Of a stretch of DNA of 64,000 bases, positions 59,382 to 64,000 are shown one piece after another. The notes under the pieces were generated by a model. It was not told the origin of the DNA. It ran no database searches and worked only from the letters and a program-made list of their open reading frames with translations. Source of the stretch: Camelus dromedarius (taxonomy: Eukaryota). The position numbers were made by a program, and so were the translations under genes. Position 1 is the stretch's first letter. The number at the start of each line of letters is the position of its first letter. The stretch covers positions 23,624,001-23,688,000 of the forward strand of contig NC_087436.1 in NCBI RefSeq assembly GCF_036321535.1, written 5' to 3'.

Positions 59382-59994
59382 AAGAAGACAACTGCAGTGT
59401 TATCCTTCTCTGTAGGATGATTTAATTACATATGATGATAGGTAGGCCCTCTGCTACAAAAGTCATCCCTCCTCCTCCTTTCTTAGCATCACACCTCTAG
59501 ACATACCACATGAATTTTGCTCCTTGGTGCTCTCTCCTCTGCTGAAGAAAGAGGCAGCCACGCTATAGTTGAAACTCATCAAAAGAGAAAGACTCCATAC
59601 TTTGCCTTCTACAGGATAATAGCATTTTGAAGTTGCAACAATCAAGTTGAAAATTGTTTTCTTAGGTCAAGTCCAAGCTGATAAAATCACATATTGATTA
59701 TATGGTTACTCAAGGAAAAAACAAAGCCTGATCTTTCTTAAAGTTACACATCTTTGGACATTTCCATTGTTCTTTTTTGCATTTTTCACAACAGAAAGAA
59801 GGAGGGTATGAAGTTCTGAAAGTCTGATCTGTCAAATTGTGAATTTTGTCAGCAACCCCTTATTTTTTGGGTGTAGAGGAAAGGTAGAGAGAGGATAGAA
59901 ACTGGACAAGGTGAGGGTTAGTTGGGTTATATTAAGAGTTAACCTTTATGGAGTGCTTACCACATACTATGGAATGGTCTAAGAATTTTTGAAT

Positions 59995-60230
59995 AGTAAT
60001 AATGATACAAAACCAACACATATTTACTGTGTGACAACTATGTGTCTGGTCTTAGTCTTAGCCTTTTATAGGTATTTACACATTTAATCCTCATGACAGC
60101 AATATGAGATAGGTGGTATTTTTGCTATTGTTTTAAAAATGAGAGACCAGATTTTAAGAGGGATGCAGCATCGCATTTTAGGGCCCAGTTTATAAGTGAT
60201 AGGGTCAGAATTCAACTCCACGGTTTTCTC
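59995..60230 (-). mobile_element. MIR SINE
   Basis: actatgtgtctgg…catttaatcctcatgacagcaatatgagataggtggtatt…aaatgagagaccaga…ataagtgatagggtcagaattcaactcc. Confidence 0.7.
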
Positions 60231-60577
60231 ACTTAAAAGCTGATAGAGTAAGCTCTTGGTTGGATTCTCTTTACTGAATATGCTTGTTTTCATTCTTACA
60301 AATATAAGAACTGGCCCAATTAGTCTGAAAGGTGCCTAGGCAGAGACCCTTGGTTAAGCACTCAGATACACCGCAGATTTTTGAACACTCCTTTGTGAGT
60401 TGACTTCAAGTTCATGGCCATGCCCTACTCTTCCCTCTAAGAAAAGTACTCATGATATGCCTTTTAGGCATTTATCAAACACCTGTTAGGTACAAAGCCT
60501 GTGTGCGCTGAGGTTTATGGACACAAATTAAACTATCTACAAAAAATTATGGAGAACGCAAAGACTGACAGAACCAT

Positions 60578-61055
60578 TGTGACAGTTGTAAAACATGGCA
60601 CCCAAACTTTCTGACACTCTTCCCATTGAGAGGGGAGGTCTGTATCTCTCTGCATCTGGGCGGACTTGTGACTCCTTGGACCAATAGAATACATGGAAAT
60701 CATGCTTTGTGACCAAAGGTTTCCAAAGCTAGGTCAGAAAAGGCCGTGGTAACTTTCTTCTAGTCTCTGGGACCCTTGCTCTGGAGGAGGCCAGTGTAGC
60801 CTAAGAAGTCCGGCCACCTTGACACTACTGTGCTGGAGAGGCTGGAGGTAGACTCTGTGTTGACAGCTCCAGTAGAACCCCCAGCCAACAGCTCCTGTCA
60901 CTTGCCTGCCATGCAGAAGAACCATGTTGGGTGGCCAGCCCTGTGGAGCCTTCTGCTGATGCAATGAGCCTTTCCCAAATTCTTGACTCACTAAAACAAA
61001 ATGGTTGTTGTAAGCCACTGAGTTTTAGGAATGGCTATTATAATTACAGGAATCA
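60578..61055 (+). mobile_element. MaLR solo LTR (MLT1H/G-like)
   Basis: TGTG start; tgacactcttcccattgagagg…ttgtgactccttggaccaatagaat…gctaggtcagaaaagg…ccaaattcttgactcac…ggttgttgtaagccactgagttttagga. Confidence 0.8.
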
Positions 61056-62719
61056 ACTTTGCATACAAAATTTTAAAATCTTCACATTTAATGCTAAATA
61101 TTGTGTGGTTTAATGGTTTTTTAAGAAACTAATTTTATTGGGAAGGATCATAGTCTATAATCTGTGTATAGTGCAGTGTGAACAGTGGTCACTTAATTTG
61201 GAAGTGAGTTGAATTCCAAATAATATTTTCCATGTAGTGATTTCTATAGTCATTAAAAAATTACCAGTATTTTTTGTAGTTATTGTATGATCTTTATTCC
61301 TCAATTTATCCTTCCTTTTCTGTTCACCAAAAGCAGTTAAAATAAGGATAAGATTGACATTTATGTAGTACCTAAAGTATACATTTTAAATGTTTGAAAA
61401 CTCTAAATACAGGGAAAAATTCAGTATTGTTTCTATTTATTATCACAAATAAAAGAGCTGCCTGCACTTGGCAGCTGAATGTGTTTTTTGTAGAATGGTA
61501 GAGACAGCACAGAAAACTGTGCTGTGTTAAGAATTTAATACTATCAACCATACCCTCCCCACTCCAATGACCTTTTTATTCTTGGGCGTTACAACTTAAT
61601 AACATATAGAAATTGTTAGCAAGTTGTGTGGTAAGTACCACTTATGGGGTCTCCCTCCCCTGATTTTGTGGCTACCCTCAGCACTTCTCTGAGAATCTGT
61701 GTGACAGATTTGCAAACTCTCGGCCATTTTGATAACTGAAGTCATGTACCTGAGCAGTAGAGGGAATGGAACCCTTTCTGAGAGCCTTGGATCTCTTTTC
61801 CTCTGTTCCTTTCTTTTTCCCTTTTCATCTTTCTCATTCATTCCCCACCACCCCCCATCTCATGCACACACACTTCCCATGACCCATTGCAGCTGTAATG
61901 TTTAGTGATTTCCTTCCTTACTATCCTGAGTGCCTCTCCCCACTTCCAAACTAGTGAAAATATTCCAAAAAGCCTTGGAGTTTGGAGAAAAAGCATCCCA
62001 GAATGTATCATTCAGGGATTCATAGCTGAACATTGTGGATATTGCTCATGTAAGGGATGCTGGCCCTAATCCATTTACGTAAAAGGTTGGAAGTCTTTGA
62101 GATGAAAAATAGCCTGTGTGGTATAAAATCCCCCTCATTCTGTGTCGGAATAATTGGCACAAAAAGATTTGTGGTTCGTCTCTCAACACTGATCAAAAGA
62201 TATTAGGTTCAAAGTGATACTAATCAAGACTTAAACTGGGTGGGATCACCCAAAAAGGAGACGGCAGCTAGAAGGGGAATCTGGGGCAGTCCTGGCCGTG
62301 CCTGCCGAGGGCTTGGCTATTCCAGACCAGGTCAGGCTGTAGGTTTCTACAGCAGCTCCTACACCTGCCTCCAGTGATACACATGTTCCCGGCCTCTGGT
62401 GACCTTAGTGGTAATACAGGAGGATTCACTTAACACCATTTATTATTTTGTGATGATTCAGCTTTGAATCCCCAAACTTCACATTTGTCATTTTCAGCAG
62501 TACGATTTTTTACCCTGCTCCTATTTTTATGGATATACTTGTATTCTGAACTAAGGTGGAACTCCTTCTTAGATTAATTCCCAGGGCACATCTATCCACA
62601 TGCATGTCAAATTGGGCAAGCCATGGATCTCTGGTCTGAGAGGTGGATATTTGAGAGAGAACTCTGTACCTGTCAGAATGAGGCTTCTTAAAACCTCTGT
62701 TACGGATAGCAAGCAGAGA

Positions 62720-62945
62720 GAGGCAGACGTTTATTCAGGGAACCAGCGCACGTTAGGAGCCGGCCTTCACTGCATGTCTTCTACGTGAGCTACTTAATTT
62801 ACTCCTCACTGCAACTTTAGAAGTAATATCCCCCCTGCCATTGTTAGAAAATCAAAGCTCAGAGTAGTTACAGCCCTGGCCAATAACAAAGTTGTGAATC
62901 ACACTCATCAGGCCTGTTTACTGCTCAAATCTGTGCCCTTTCCAG
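62720..62945 (-). mobile_element. MIR SINE (degenerate)
   Basis: acgtttattcag…taatttactcctcactgcaac…gaaaatcaaagctcagag…caggcctgtttactgctcaaatctgtgcccttt. Confidence 0.55.
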
Positions 62946-64000
62946 ATTCTGATTCTAACACACCAGTTTTGAAAGGCAAAGGTCTAATCTGGGATGTTTT
63001 GTACATCTGATTCACTTATCTTCACCCATCCTTTGGATCGCCTAGTGCATGAGACACATGGATGTGTCCTTGAAAACTGGGATAAATCAATCATTGCTAA
63101 CAGTGTGCACTGCCTCAGAGGCCTGACTTTGAAGCTCTTAGGTCAAGGAAGACCTTGAGTAAATTCTTCTGCCACTCACTGATTGAGCAGCCTTGTCATG
63201 CCAGGAGCGGGGCTTTGGTGTGCTTCTGTCTGGTGGAGGTGCTAGGAACCTGGTGGCGAGGGGACTGGAAAGAGGAGAGTAATCTCACATAGATCCAGCT
63301 AATCTACAGCTTTGGATTTTCACATGTTAGATTACTTGTTAAAGAAGGAACAAAACTTACAATGCCTGTGTAGGCTTGGAGAGACTCTGAAGGCTGGGCT
63401 CTGCCAAAGGTTTCAAAAATCTTAACACAGATGAGTCAAAGCCCAAATTCTCACAGCAAACTCTGTTAGCTTTGCAAGGCTGATGATTTGTGAAGGTCAG
63501 CAGACATTGTCTGGACTGAGTTTAATCCAGAAGGTCTCGAAGATAGTAAAGCAGAGAGACATTGATTTTGAAAAGTTACAGCTCTGTAGGTGAAAGGCTG
63601 CTCCTATTTCCAAAGGCAAAAGGAATCAGCTGCATTTTATATGAAAAACAGCATCATCAGTAGAGCCAGCTGATATGTGCAATTATTGTATTTATTTTCC
63701 TTCTGCTTCAATAAAATAAATACTAGCAATGTGTATCAGAAAAAGAAAAAAGCTTAAAAAGAGATGAAATTTGACATTAATGGAATTTTACAAGGGAAAG
63801 TCAAAGCAAACCATAATTCCTAACACAACTGAGAATTTAATAACAATTCATACTTTCACTTCCATATATATACCCGTCACAAAGTGGCTGTTGGATTTTG
63901 CTGGCAAATCCTCTATAGAAAAACAAGTCTTTTACTTCTGCTTCGTTTTGAAGATTTGGTATTTAATGGTGGAGATGCCTTCAGGGATGATGAGTTCTGC

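Noticed and set aside
1..64000. Naming the host gene
   Set aside because: No exon sequence was recognised, so any gene symbol would be a guess.

Overview
Mammalian nuclear DNA with no prokaryotic-style genes. It is most likely from a camelid (camel, llama or alpaca), judged from a tRNA-Ala-derived Vic-1-like SINE and artiodactyl-type L1 3' ends, with no Alu, B1, Bov-A or PRE-1 elements seen. I found no credible protein-coding exon: the supplied ORFs are short chance frames or translations of repeats and microsatellites. The window reads like one long intron or regulatory domain. It has a CpG-richer, motif-dense block at about 0.1-2.2 kb, further candidate cis-regulatory blocks at about 39.5-40.6 kb, 41.8 kb, 50.5 kb and 57.7-58.8 kb, and many decayed MIR, L2, old L1 and MaLR (MLT1) elements. 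A few younger L1 and SINE insertions keep readable target-site duplications (TSDs). I could not identify the host gene and found no evidence for a novel multi-gene system. The best second-look items are a SINE with an extra 3' segment and second A-tail inside its TSD, a 3'-truncated L1, a double-CCAAT/GC-box/CArG promoter-like block, and a (TG)23-(CG)n Z-DNA-prone element. Repeat names come from recalled consensus sequences, and repeat boundaries without a TSD are approximate by tens of bp.
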